From: an uncultured virus (IMG/VR IMGVR_UViG_2850925934_000001)
Lineage: Duplodnaviria; Heunggongvirae; Uroviricota; Caudoviricetes
Length of the DNA: 20,000 bases
Strand: one strand, 5' to 3'
Virus record (IMG/VR): IMGVR_UViG_2850925934_000001
Span: 50,240-70,239 of that record
Part shown: positions 8,489 through 17,219 of the stretch, piece by piece
Position numbering within the stretch: the stretch's first letter is position 1
Layout of the letters: the number at the start of each line of letters is the position of its first letter
Notes under the pieces: generated by a model
Told to the model about the DNA's origin: nothing
Seen by the model: only the letters and a program-made list of their open reading frames with translations
Database searches by the model: none
Translations under genes and position numbers: made by a program

Positions 8489-9913
8489 TTGAGTAATACA
8501 GATTTTATAAAGAAAATCGCTCCGGATGCGCAGAAGATATTTGTAAATTATAAAATTCTCGCCAGCCTTGTAATCGCGCAGGGATGTCTCGAAAGTGCAT
8601 ACGGAACCAGTGGTCTTGCTGTTAATGGAAAGAACCTTTTCGGAGTCAAGGGCGAATATAACGGAAAATACGTCATCATGAAAACGTGGGAAGTGATCAA
8701 CGGAAGGAACGTTCAGGTTGACGCCAAGTTCCGAAAGTACCCGACGTGGTATGAGTCGATGCAAGACCTTGCGAAGCTTTACGTAAACGGCGTCAGTTGG
8801 GACCCAAACCATTATAAGGCGGTCGTAGGTGAGAAGAATTACAAAAAAGCAACTGCTGCGCTGGTAGACGCCGGATATGCAACGGACCCGTCTTACGCGT
8901 CAAAGCTGAACAGAATTATTGAAACGTACAACCTGACGAAGTATGACACCGCCCCGTCTCCGTCGAATCCGTCCACTCCTTCTACGCCGGACACAAACAA
9001 CCCGGCTCCGGTTGTCGTTGAAGAGCCGGAGGTATCTATCGACGTTTTTTCAAGCGTTTATACAACACCTCCATCCGGTGTCCCTATTACGGATAGCAAC
9101 TTCCGGATACTTTACAAGGACGGCCGCATAATTGACATGGCTCGCGATTTATCGGTCCTTGTAAGGAGCTTCAAAATTGCATCGCCCACTCCCGATATCG
9201 ATTACGAAACGATTCCGGGAAGGGACGGCTTAGTTCGAGTAGGGAAAAACTTCGGAGCCCGAACGCTGACCGCCGAATGTCTTTTGCTCGGAGCAGATGA
9301 CGTTGATTTTCATTTATTACAAGCGGAACTCTTTCACGCGCTTCATCGCGAGGAGGAGTTCTTTTTAGTTTCGGAAGCGACGCCGAAAAAACGGTGGCGG
9401 GTCGAGCTAAGCGCATCATTCACGCCTGACAGAATCGGTAGCTTTGGCGACTTTACGCTGACTTTCCAAAGCGCCTCGACTTATTGCGAATCAGTCGGCA
9501 CCACACTTGATGCGTTTACGTTTGATGCGAACAAATGGCAGATAGGCGAAGGGCTGACGGATGATATCCCATCGTACAAACACAAGACGAAGACTTTCCG
9601 TATTTTCAATGCGGGAGCCGTCCGGCTAGATCCGAGATACATGCCTTTAAAGATTACGTATAAAGGTGCGTCTAACAAGCTGGCGATTAAGAACAGAACA
9701 ACAGGCGATCTGTGGACGTTTTCCGGCACATCTGCCGCGAAGGAAGCGATTCAAATTTCTGGGGTTACTGCGAAAAAGGGGAACGTTAGCATCTTCGGGC
9801 AGACAAATTTCGGACTCATTACGTTAGAGCCCGGGTGGAACGACTTTGAGTTAAGCGGAACGAGCGGGGATTTTGAGGTCGCGTTTGATTTCAGATTCCA
9901 CTATTACGCGTAG
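8489..9913 (+). CDS. Distal tail protein (Dit, siphovirus tail family) fused to an N-terminal GH73 glucosaminidase (LytG-like)
   Basis: Residues 1-153 contain 'IAQGCLES.YG.S.L....NLFGVKG', 'FRKYPTW.ES' and 'GYATDP.YASKL' (GH73). A Pro/Ser/Thr linker follows. From about residue 204 it is Dit-like ('ETIPGRDG', 'GAR.L', 'F.IFNAG', 'ITLEPGWNDF', 'FDFRFHY'). Lies between tape measure and Tal. TTG start with SD GGGAGG. Confidence 0.85.
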   Translation: MSNTDFIKKIAPDAQKIFVNYKILASLVIAQGCLESAYGTSGLAVNGKNLFGVKGEYNGKYVIMKTWEVINGRNVQVDAKFRKYPTWYESMQDLAKLYVNGVSWDPNHYKAVVGEKNYKKATAALVDAGYATDPSYASKLNRIIETYNLTKYDTAPSPSNPSTPSTPDTNNPAPVVVEEPEVSIDVFSSVYTTPPSGVPITDSNFRILYKDGRIIDMARDLSVLVRSFKIASPTPDIDYETIPGRDGLVRVGKNFGARTLTAECLLLGADDVDFHLLQAELFHALHREEEFFLVSEATPKKRWRVELSASFTPDRIGSFGDFTLTFQSASTYCESVGTTLDAFTFDANKWQIGEGLTDDIPSYKHKTKTFRIFNAGAVRLDPRYMPLKITYKGASNKLAIKNRTTGDLWTFSGTSAAKEAIQISGVTAKKGNVSIFGQTNFGLITLEPGWNDFELSGTSGDFEVAFDFRFHYYA

Positions 9914-9924
9914 GGAGGTGCACC

Positions 9925-11325
9925 ATGTCTAGTCTAATTGTAAAGAATCTCGCTAATCAGGTCGAAGCTCTAACGGACTTCAGCGTGACGAAGAAAGATG
10001 AAATCGATAACGGTAGATCTTTAGACGTATCAGTTATACAGACGGATCGGAACGCGCCCTCCTTTCCACTGATTCAAAATGAAGGCTCTCTTTTTTATGA
10101 AGACGAGGAATTTGTCATCAGAAAGATGCGGTATGTTCCTATTAGTGGCAAGAGACTGAAGGTCGACATTACGGCCTTGCAACGTTCGTTTTCTGATCTC
10201 GGTGAGAATTACGTATATGAAACATCCGGGAAAAAGAAAAAACTTTACATCGAAGACATGCTGGACATCGCATTGAAAGGTTCTGGGTATTCTTACGAGA
10301 TTTTACCGGAAGGGCTAGGTGATTCGTTTGATGTAGAGGATTTTGGAAACGGCTACTCTCTCGGATTATTAAACGATATAAAGGAGAAATACTCGGCTGA
10401 ATTTGAGTGCATTGGAAAGAAAGTCTATTTCGCGAAGGAGATAGCACGAGATACAGACTACATCATCCGTGACCGTGTAAATGTAAAAGACCCTTCTCAG
10501 GAAATAGACACCTCTTCCATAAAAACGTACATTAAAGGATTCGGAAAGAAGGATGAAAAGACAGGAAAATATGCGGTGGAAGCTGAGTACACAAGTCCAT
10601 TAGCCTCAGTCTATGGGATCAAGCATGCAAATCCCATTTTTGATGACTCGTACACAGCAAAGGATGAGGGAAAGCTCGAAAAACGGTTAGAAAAAGAACT
10701 GACCGATAAAATTGAAATATCTATCAGCCTTACGTATATAGAGGTTAAACAATTAAACATGCAGGATATTCGCAAAGGCGATTATGTATGGTGCATATTA
10801 GAGCCCTTTGATTTGAAGACGAAGCTGCGTGTAGTCAGTGTGGAGTCTTATTCAGATCCTAAAAAGTCTCCGGTTTTTACTTTCGGAAAGGTTCGGGCGA
10901 ATATCAAAAAAACAACTGCTAAATTAGGGCGGGGACAAAGCTCCGTCTCTAAGCTTATCGATACGTCGACCGGAAAGGTGAAAGGCAGCGCCATAAGCGG
11001 AAACATAACCATCGGAAAAGACGCGATTTACGAAGACGGGTATGATCCGACAAAGCTGTCGATTCCTACGTACGGCCGGGCAAACGCAACAACGGACGGG
11101 CTTATGAGCTCGTCGGACTATGTGAAACTAGCGAGTATCGTATTGGGCCCCGACGGTCAAGTGTCTGTCTCGCTGGCTACCGAAACAACGGACGGCTTGA
11201 TGAGCGCAGCCGACTTCGCAAAGCTGAAGCGCATCAAGGTCGGTACGGCTACGGTGGATATATCGACACTTTCGCAACAACTCGAATCTATAAATAAGCG
11301 CCTGACTGCGCTGGAGAATAAATAA
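9925..11325 (+). CDS. Tal / baseplate hub protein (prophage tail endopeptidase family) with C-terminal fibre-like extension
   Basis: 466 aa after Dit. 'IDTSSIKTYIKGFGK', 'EYTSPLA..YGI.HA.PI.D' and 'GD.V..I.EP' motifs. Two C-terminal 'TTDGLMS..D..KL' repeats. Confidence 0.85.
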   Translation: MSSLIVKNLANQVEALTDFSVTKKDEIDNGRSLDVSVIQTDRNAPSFPLIQNEGSLFYEDEEFVIRKMRYVPISGKRLKVDITALQRSFSDLGENYVYETSGKKKKLYIEDMLDIALKGSGYSYEILPEGLGDSFDVEDFGNGYSLGLLNDIKEKYSAEFECIGKKVYFAKEIARDTDYIIRDRVNVKDPSQEIDTSSIKTYIKGFGKKDEKTGKYAVEAEYTSPLASVYGIKHANPIFDDSYTAKDEGKLEKRLEKELTDKIEISISLTYIEVKQLNMQDIRKGDYVWCILEPFDLKTKLRVVSVESYSDPKKSPVFTFGKVRANIKKTTAKLGRGQSSVSKLIDTSTGKVKGSAISGNITIGKDAIYEDGYDPTKLSIPTYGRANATTDGLMSSSDYVKLASIVLGPDGQVSVSLATETTDGLMSAADFAKLKRIKVGTATVDISTLSQQLESINKRLTALENK

Positions 11326-11339
11326 CGAGGAGGAATACA

Positions 11340-13904
11340 ATGCCGAAATTTCCGTACAGAAAGGCCGGGGCGGCGTGGGACCGTGTTTTTCGTAACGACC
11401 ACAACCAAAACCTCGATGACATTGCGGACGATATTAAAGGATCGTATACGGAATTGGCCGCACATAAGAACGCGAAAACCGCCCACACGTCGGAGCAAAT
11501 CGACCATGGCGGTTTTTCTTTGCGCACATATATCGACGGCCTGTATAACCGTATCAGAAATCTTATCCTTAACGCGGATGGCACAAACGTAAAAGAGGTC
11601 GTTGACGCTCGTGTAGACGCGGAAGGAAACATCGCGCCGTTATTGAAAGAGCGGCTCGATAAAGAGTATAACAAGCTGCTGCGAAAAATTGAGCGTGATG
11701 TAAACGTTGACGACTACGGAGCCGATCCGACAGGCGTTACCGATAGTACAGAAGCGTTTAAAAAGGCGATCGGGAACGGAAAGGTGCGGCTGAATCTATC
11801 GGCAGGTACGTATATCGTTAAAGGCATCAAGTTGCCGTCATGGACGTATTTGATCGGCCAAGGCATGGGCGTTACTACGCTGAAGCTTCATGAAGATACG
11901 CCGGCGAGCGAGTGGGTCATCATTAACGCAGACCCGGCATCCGGCAACCGGAATATCGTAGTCCAAGGAATGTCCCTCGACTGGAATCCGGATCGTCAAG
12001 GCGGCGTTAGTTCTACCGGCGGAATTCATTCAAGCTGCTTAACTTTTGCGCAAGTGAAGTTCGGTATCGTACGGGAAGTCGAAGGCATTAATCCGGGGCT
12101 CCACTGTTTCGACGTATCGGCCCCTTCCTACGATATTACTGCGAAGGATTATACCGCAACAGGTAGTAAGTACGTCTGGATCGATCGATGCGTCGGCTAT
12201 GGATACGGCGATGACGGGATCACTACGCACTACAGCGAATATATCTTCATCACCAATAACGTAATGACAAATCCGCGTGGCACAGCCCATCGTAAGGGCG
12301 GAGCTAATTCGAATGGTATCGAGGTCGATGACGGATCTAAACACGTATGGCTTCTCGATAACTATACCGAGGGGAACGTCCGTGGCGTAGAAGTAAAGGC
12401 ACACACGGAATGGCCGGCGCCTTGTAATGTTCATATTCGCGGACATGAATCGTTTCGCGATGTACGTTCATTCGACTTGAGGCATATCGGACACCACTTA
12501 GCGACTGATCCTTGGAGTGAGACGGCAAGGGACGTAACGCTGATCGACTGTACTTCACGAGAGCCGATATACAATTCGCTTTATGAAGGGCTGGAGCCGA
12601 AAGCGTTAGTTGTCTCGGCATACCAACGCGTGAAGATAATCGGTTTTACTGCGATCGGTGATCCTACGTATGACTACAAAGGAAAATCGGTGATTGCCTT
12701 TCAATACAAAAGCCGGAAGATAACCGTAACTGGTCTGCAAATTTCCGGTTTTAAAAAGGCCGGCTATGATATCAACATTACCGGAGGCGACCAGCGCACA
12801 GATGACGTCTCCATTTCCAATTTCGTCATACATGATTCAGCGCAGAATGGCATCGAGATCGGAGGCGGGGTCTATAACGTAAACTTGGAAAACGGACTTC
12901 TTCACGTAGCAAGTGGCACGGCCGGCATCACATCGCCAAATACGCAAACAAATATCTTAATGGTCCGGGCGTATGGTTATGAGAGCGCGGCAGTCCTCGG
13001 AGGCCAGAAACATAAGGTCGTCCCTAACAACGTAAAAGGCGGTTTCCGTGCTGCTTCTACGTCGGGTCACGTTTTAGACAAAACAAGTGCGGTGATTGCG
13101 ACCACGGGCGGATGTACAACGAAAGGACCTAGAAACGTCGTTCTAGGCGCCAGTGGTGGCTCATCCACAACAGCTTCGCGTCAAGCGGTTATAGCGTCAA
13201 ACAATTCACATACAAAAGGTGACGGGCCGTCGAGGGTCGTACTCGCTGCCAACGGGGTTATCAACGACAACGGATACAGCGTCAGAGGGGGATACGGAAG
13301 CGGAAGCGCCTCGACCGGAAATACGAAATGGGAACTCGATTCAACTGGCGGACATATTCGTGGTACAGGGCGGGTAGAAAGCGTTTCAGATTTCAAAGAC
13401 TTCGCGGAGTATTTCGAATCTGCTGACGGTCAGAAAATCGATTCAAGCTATCTGGTTGCGTTAGAAGGCGATAAGATACGAAAAGCAGGCGAAGGAGATA
13501 AGATACTCGGAGTTGTTTCGGAAACGGCCGGCTTGGTACTCGGAGGCGCAGCGTTCTATTGGAACGATCAGTTCGAAAGGAACGAATTTGGCGGCTTGGT
13601 TTACGAAACGGTTATCGATGGCGGCGAAGAGTTAAGCGTTCCAAAATTAAACCCCGACTACGACCCTTCTCTCGAATATGTGCCGCGTGACTCTCGGGAC
13701 GAATGGCATGTCATCGGCCTGATTGGTCAAGTCTTTGTCAGGATTGACGAAACAGTGGCCGTAGGGGATAGCGTATCAGCAATTGGCGGAATCGCGACTA
13801 AAGCGGAGAGCGGAGGCTATGGAACTGTTATGAGAATCAAATCCCCGTATGATGCGGAAAAAGGCTACGGTGTAGCGCAAATGATCGTTACGCCACAGCA
13901 CTAA
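11340..13904 (+). CDS. Tail spike / pre-neck appendage-like protein: pectate-lyase-type beta-helix plus C-terminal peptidase G2 autocleaving chaperone (phi29 gp12 / YobO-like)
   Basis: 854 aa. 'EVVDAR' attachment motif, 'VNVDDYGADPTGVTDST.AF..AI' beta-helix start, 'DDGITTH' and 'SNGIEVDDGS', 'DFAEYFES' at 13398-13421, 'ILGVVS', 'YVPR..R.EW..IGLIGQV'. Confidence 0.9.
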   Translation: MPKFPYRKAGAAWDRVFRNDHNQNLDDIADDIKGSYTELAAHKNAKTAHTSEQIDHGGFSLRTYIDGLYNRIRNLILNADGTNVKEVVDARVDAEGNIAPLLKERLDKEYNKLLRKIERDVNVDDYGADPTGVTDSTEAFKKAIGNGKVRLNLSAGTYIVKGIKLPSWTYLIGQGMGVTTLKLHEDTPASEWVIINADPASGNRNIVVQGMSLDWNPDRQGGVSSTGGIHSSCLTFAQVKFGIVREVEGINPGLHCFDVSAPSYDITAKDYTATGSKYVWIDRCVGYGYGDDGITTHYSEYIFITNNVMTNPRGTAHRKGGANSNGIEVDDGSKHVWLLDNYTEGNVRGVEVKAHTEWPAPCNVHIRGHESFRDVRSFDLRHIGHHLATDPWSETARDVTLIDCTSREPIYNSLYEGLEPKALVVSAYQRVKIIGFTAIGDPTYDYKGKSVIAFQYKSRKITVTGLQISGFKKAGYDINITGGDQRTDDVSISNFVIHDSAQNGIEIGGGVYNVNLENGLLHVASGTAGITSPNTQTNILMVRAYGYESAAVLGGQKHKVVPNNVKGGFRAASTSGHVLDKTSAVIATTGGCTTKGPRNVVLGASGGSSTTASRQAVIASNNSHTKGDGPSRVVLAANGVINDNGYSVRGGYGSGSASTGNTKWELDSTGGHIRGTGRVESVSDFKDFAEYFESADGQKIDSSYLVALEGDKIRKAGEGDKILGVVSETAGLVLGGAAFYWNDQFERNEFGGLVYETVIDGGEELSVPKLNPDYDPSLEYVPRDSRDEWHVIGLIGQVFVRIDETVAVGDSVSAIGGIATKAESGGYGTVMRIKSPYDAEKGYGVAQMIVTPQH

Positions 13905-13916
13905 GGAGGTTTTGTA

Positions 13917-15500
13917 GTGATATACAATAACGCATCACTTGCGTTTGAGGTGACGAGTCGGACAAAAACGAATATAAAAACCGCAATACAGTTCAGCACG
14001 CAAGACATCGATACGGCGCGTTTGATCTTCTCGTTAACAAAGGACGGCGTCCCATTGCCGTTGTCTGCTGTTACCGGGAAGCTCGTTATGTTTATGGCGG
14101 ACGGAAGCCGGTTCGTAAGAAGCGTAGAGATCACAGATAAAGTCGAAGGGGTTGCGCAGTACGTTCTGTCAGCCGAAGAGATCCGACACAGTGGCGATGT
14201 GCAGGCGGAACTTTATCTGTATTACGCGAATAAGCAGGCGCTTTCCATCCATAAATTTTCGTTTACCGTCGACAAGGCGCTGATTGATACGGATATCGTA
14301 CCGTTGGCGGAATACTACGTGGATGACTTCGAAGCGTTGCGCCAACAAATCAACGACTTATACGACGAAGTGGTCGAAACGGTCGAAGAGCTGCGCAAGA
14401 AATTCGAAGACCTCGAAAATATTGAAACGAAAGAAGGAGCGCAAGCAAAAGCGGATGCTGCGGAAAAGAATGCGAAGTCCTATACGGACACTCATACGAA
14501 AAGGACTGACAATCCGCATAGCGTAACGAAATCGCAAATCGGTTTGGGAAACGTTGAGAATGTGAAGCAGGAGACGCCGGACGGTGCGCAGGCAAAAGCT
14601 GACAAGGCCTTGATGGACAGCAAAGCGTACACGGACGAACATACGGCCCGGACTGACAACCCACACGTAGTGACGAAGGAGCAGATCGGGCTTAGTAATG
14701 TAGACAACGTTAAGCAAGCGCCTCTCGACCAATTCCGGGCCCATGATTCCAATAGCATCCGTCATACATCGCAGGTTGAGAAGGACAAGTGGAACGGATC
14801 ACAGTTGTTTAAATTGACACAGGATACCGGCGCAGCAAAGTACATGACGGGCGTCGATTTTAATACGGTGACGGATACCGGCTTCTATTATATGAGCGGC
14901 GCAACGACGGCATTAAATGCACCGGTAAATAACAACGGGTATCTTATCGTTAATAACTACAGCACGTACGCGTATCAGGAATATACGTCCTATAGCAGCA
15001 ATGATTCGACGTCTTCGGGCCGGCGTAAATTCATGCGTAATAAGGTCGCGAGCTCGGATTTATGGACGTCGTGGCGAGAGCTCGAATCGGTAGAAGGAGC
15101 GCAATCAAAGGTAGATGCCCACGCCAACAGAACGGACATTCACGTTGTACAGGCGGATAAAGATAAGTGGAATAGTCCGTGGGTCGCGACGTGGAATAAC
15201 GTTACTTTGATTAACGGAGCGCAGCAAAACACCGGCTATCCGTTCAAGTTTTCCGTTGCGAATAACGAAATTAAACTGCGAGGAACGTTCGGCTCGCTTC
15301 CGGCCGCCGGTACGACGGTAGCGAAGTTCACGTATAAGCCGACGCAGCTCGTAGATTTCGTCGTTCCTACGATTGGCTCTTACGGAACGGCCCGGTTTGC
15401 ATTTACGACGGACGGTGAGTTACGGTTCGACGGTCTTTCCGCGACCGACTCGGCGAGCGTTACGCGTGTGTCCTTTAATATCGGTATTCCACTATGGTAA
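13917..15500 (+). CDS. BppU-family upper baseplate / tail fibre protein (putative receptor binding)
   Basis: 527 aa. N-terminal BppU/DUF2479-like region 'FSTQD..TARL.F.L.KDG.PL.L'; 'NPH.VTK.QIGL.NV.N' fibre repeats; knob-like 'DFNTVTDTGFYY'; C-terminal beta domain. GTG start with SD AAGGAGG. Confidence 0.85.
   Translation: MIYNNASLAFEVTSRTKTNIKTAIQFSTQDIDTARLIFSLTKDGVPLPLSAVTGKLVMFMADGSRFVRSVEITDKVEGVAQYVLSAEEIRHSGDVQAELYLYYANKQALSIHKFSFTVDKALIDTDIVPLAEYYVDDFEALRQQINDLYDEVVETVEELRKKFEDLENIETKEGAQAKADAAEKNAKSYTDTHTKRTDNPHSVTKSQIGLGNVENVKQETPDGAQAKADKALMDSKAYTDEHTARTDNPHVVTKEQIGLSNVDNVKQAPLDQFRAHDSNSIRHTSQVEKDKWNGSQLFKLTQDTGAAKYMTGVDFNTVTDTGFYYMSGATTALNAPVNNNGYLIVNNYSTYAYQEYTSYSSNDSTSSGRRKFMRNKVASSDLWTSWRELESVEGAQSKVDAHANRTDIHVVQADKDKWNSPWVATWNNVTLINGAQQNTGYPFKFSVANNEIKLRGTFGSLPAAGTTVAKFTYKPTQLVDFVVPTIGSYGTARFAFTTDGELRFDGLSATDSASVTRVSFNIGIPLW
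14424..14717 (+). repeat. Tandem 147-bp (49-aa) duplication inside the fibre gene
   Basis: ETKEGAQAKAD...HTKRTDNPHSVTKSQIGLGNVENVKQ (14424-14570) and ETPDGAQAKAD...HTARTDNPHVVTKEQIGLSNVDNVKQ (14571-14717). Confidence 0.9.
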
Positions 15501-15514
15501 AGGAGGAAATCAGA

Positions 15515-15784
15515 ATGCACGTTTTATACTACGATAAAAATTTCGACTATGATGGCGAAGAAGATATCGATGTAGAAGTGCTGCCACCGAACAGTACGGA
15601 TGTCGTGCCTGCCAAGGAAATCATATCGCCGCGATTCGATAAGAAGAAAAACGTATGGTTCGATGTAGCGACAGAGGAATACAAAGAGAGCATTAAGCCT
15701 GATCCGCCGGCTCCGAATGAAATCGAGAATCTTCAGAAGCAGATAGCGGATTTATATTATCTTATCGCGACAGGAGGAAACTAA
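15515..15784 (+). CDS. Small tail-fibre-associated protein (XkdW/YomQ-like position, possible fibre chaperone)
   Basis: 89 aa from ATG 15515, which has SD AAAGGAGG at the right spacing (preferred over 15494). 'LP.NSTD..P', 'P.FD.....W' and a C-terminal coiled coil. Lies between the fibre and xkdX-like genes. Confidence 0.7.
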   Translation: MHVLYYDKNFDYDGEEDIDVEVLPPNSTDVVPAKEIISPRFDKKKNVWFDVATEEYKESIKPDPPAPNEIENLQKQIADLYYLIATGGN

Positions 15785-15973
15785 ATGACTTGGTATCTCC
15801 GTATCAAAAATCTTTATGACGCCGGCCTTTGGACGAAAAAGCAAGTTCACGATACTGTCGGAGCCGGTCGGATAACGCCGGAAGAATACGAAAAAATCAC
15901 CGGAGATGTTTACGATCCCAACAAACCTCCTATCGAAGAACCTTCGGAAGAAACAGGCGGACAGGAGGCGTAG
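15785..15973 (+). CDS. xkdX: XkdX-family protein
   Basis: 'IKNLYDAGLW....V...V..G.ITPEEYEKITG' is the XkdX signature; SD AGGAGG. Confidence 0.88.
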   Translation: MTWYLRIKNLYDAGLWTKKQVHDTVGAGRITPEEYEKITGDVYDPNKPPIEEPSEETGGQEA

Positions 15974-15976
15974 TTA

Positions 15977-16186
15977 TTGAACGGCGGCGAATTAGACGTA
16001 CTCAAATATTTTTTAACGCAGGGACCGTTCGCGGTCCTTTTTACGTGGCTGCTGATTTACGTAATGAAATCGAATAGGGAGCGCGAATCGCGGCTACAGG
16101 ACTTACTCGATAAATTTAGCGATAAGTATGACGTCATCATCGACAAGATCGATAGACTCGAAGAGAAATTCCGCGGAAGAGAATAA
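15977..16186 (+). CDS. bhlA: BhlA/UviB-family holin-like peptide
   Basis: 'YFLTQGPFAVLF.WLL.YVMK.N.ERE.RLQ.LLDKFS.KY' signature; single TM segment; SD AGGAGG. Confidence 0.9.
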   Translation: MNGGELDVLKYFLTQGPFAVLFTWLLIYVMKSNRERESRLQDLLDKFSDKYDVIIDKIDRLEEKFRGRE

Positions 16187-16201
16187 CTGAATAAACGCAA
16201 C

Positions 16202-16236
16202 AAGCCCGTCAGGTGAGAGTCCCGGCGGGCTTTTTT
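16202..16236 (+). terminator. Intrinsic terminator between bhlA and the endolysin gene
   Basis: AAGCCCGTCAGG-TGAGAGT-CCCGGCGGGCTT followed by TTTT. Confidence 0.8.
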
Positions 16237-16265
16237 AATACAAAAAACGAAAAGGGGACGATTTA

Positions 16266-17204
16266 ATGGCGATTTCAGTACGTAAGAACTTAGTGGCTGC
16301 GAGTAAGTATTCGATTAAGTGTCCGAATTCAATGGACGCGCAGTATATTACGTTTCATAATACGGCCAACGATGCTTCAGCGGATGCAGAGATCCGATAT
16401 ATGATCGGAAACAACAACGAAGTGTCTTACCATTTCGCAGTAGACGATAAGGAAGTCGTGCAGGGAATTCCGACAGACCGTAACGCATGGCATACCGGAG
16501 ATGGAAACGGCGCAAATTCCGGAAACCGGACGTCTATTGGCGTCGAGGTTTGTTACTCGAAATCCGGTGGTGCTAAGTACGAAGCTGCCGAAAAACTGGC
16601 GATTAAATTTATCGCGCAATTGCTGAAGGAACGCGGATGGGGAATCGATCGTCTGCGTAAACACCAAGACTGGTCCGGTAAATACTGTCCGCATCGCGTG
16701 TTAGCGGAAGGACGATGGGAATCCGTAAAAGCGGCAATCGCTGCGGAACTCAAAGCACTTGGCGGCAAGTCTTCCGCAAGCAAGCCGGCCAAGACGTCCG
16801 GATCGACATACACCGTTAAGAAAGGCGACACTTTGTCCGAAATTGCGGTGAAAACAGGCGTCAGTATGGCGAAGTTACAAGCATATAATGGCATTAAGAA
16901 TGCGAATAAGATTGTGGTCGGCCAAGTTCTAAAGTTGACGGGTGCGGCCGGCTCTTCTAAACCGTCATCCAGCGGTAAGAAATACGTTTACCTTCCGGCT
17001 TCAGCCGATACATGGCGTATCTATCCTACGAATAAAGCGCCGGTCAAAGGCAACGAATGCGGCTTATTGCGTCCTAAGAAATTCGGCGGCCTGAAATACG
17101 AGGTTCTCGGTAATCCGCAGACCGACGTGTACACGATCAAGACGGACCAGTTCGGAAAGGTAAACCTCTATGCCGCGAAGTCCACAGGCGCAGCAGTAAA
17201 ATAA
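16266..17204 (+). CDS. cwlA: Endolysin: N-acetylmuramoyl-L-alanine amidase (Amidase_2, CwlA-like catalytic domain) + LysM + C-terminal domain
   Basis: 'ITFHNTANDASA', 'HFAVDD', 'AWHTGDG', 'SIGVEVCYSKSGG' and 'KHQDWSGKYCPH' closely recall B. subtilis CwlA. LysM 'YTVKKGDTLSEIA...N.IKNANKI.VGQVLKL'. Confidence 0.92.
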   Translation: MAISVRKNLVAASKYSIKCPNSMDAQYITFHNTANDASADAEIRYMIGNNNEVSYHFAVDDKEVVQGIPTDRNAWHTGDGNGANSGNRTSIGVEVCYSKSGGAKYEAAEKLAIKFIAQLLKERGWGIDRLRKHQDWSGKYCPHRVLAEGRWESVKAAIAAELKALGGKSSASKPAKTSGSTYTVKKGDTLSEIAVKTGVSMAKLQAYNGIKNANKIVVGQVLKLTGAAGSSKPSSSGKKYVYLPASADTWRIYPTNKAPVKGNECGLLRPKKFGGLKYEVLGNPQTDVYTIKTDQFGKVNLYAAKSTGAAVK

Positions 17205-17219
17205 ACGATAAGGGAGACG

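Noticed and set aside
9028..9040. SD-like GGAGGT in the GH73-Dit linker, suggesting an internal start for Dit alone
   Set aside because: No ATG/GTG/TTG at suitable spacing (only an in-frame ATC at 9038); the sequence is explained by Pro-Glu-Val codons.
14424..15500. Diversity-generating retroelement or invertible tail-fibre cassette
   Set aside because: The repeats differ at all base types rather than only adenines, and there is no reverse transcriptase, invertase or inverted fibre copy in the window.
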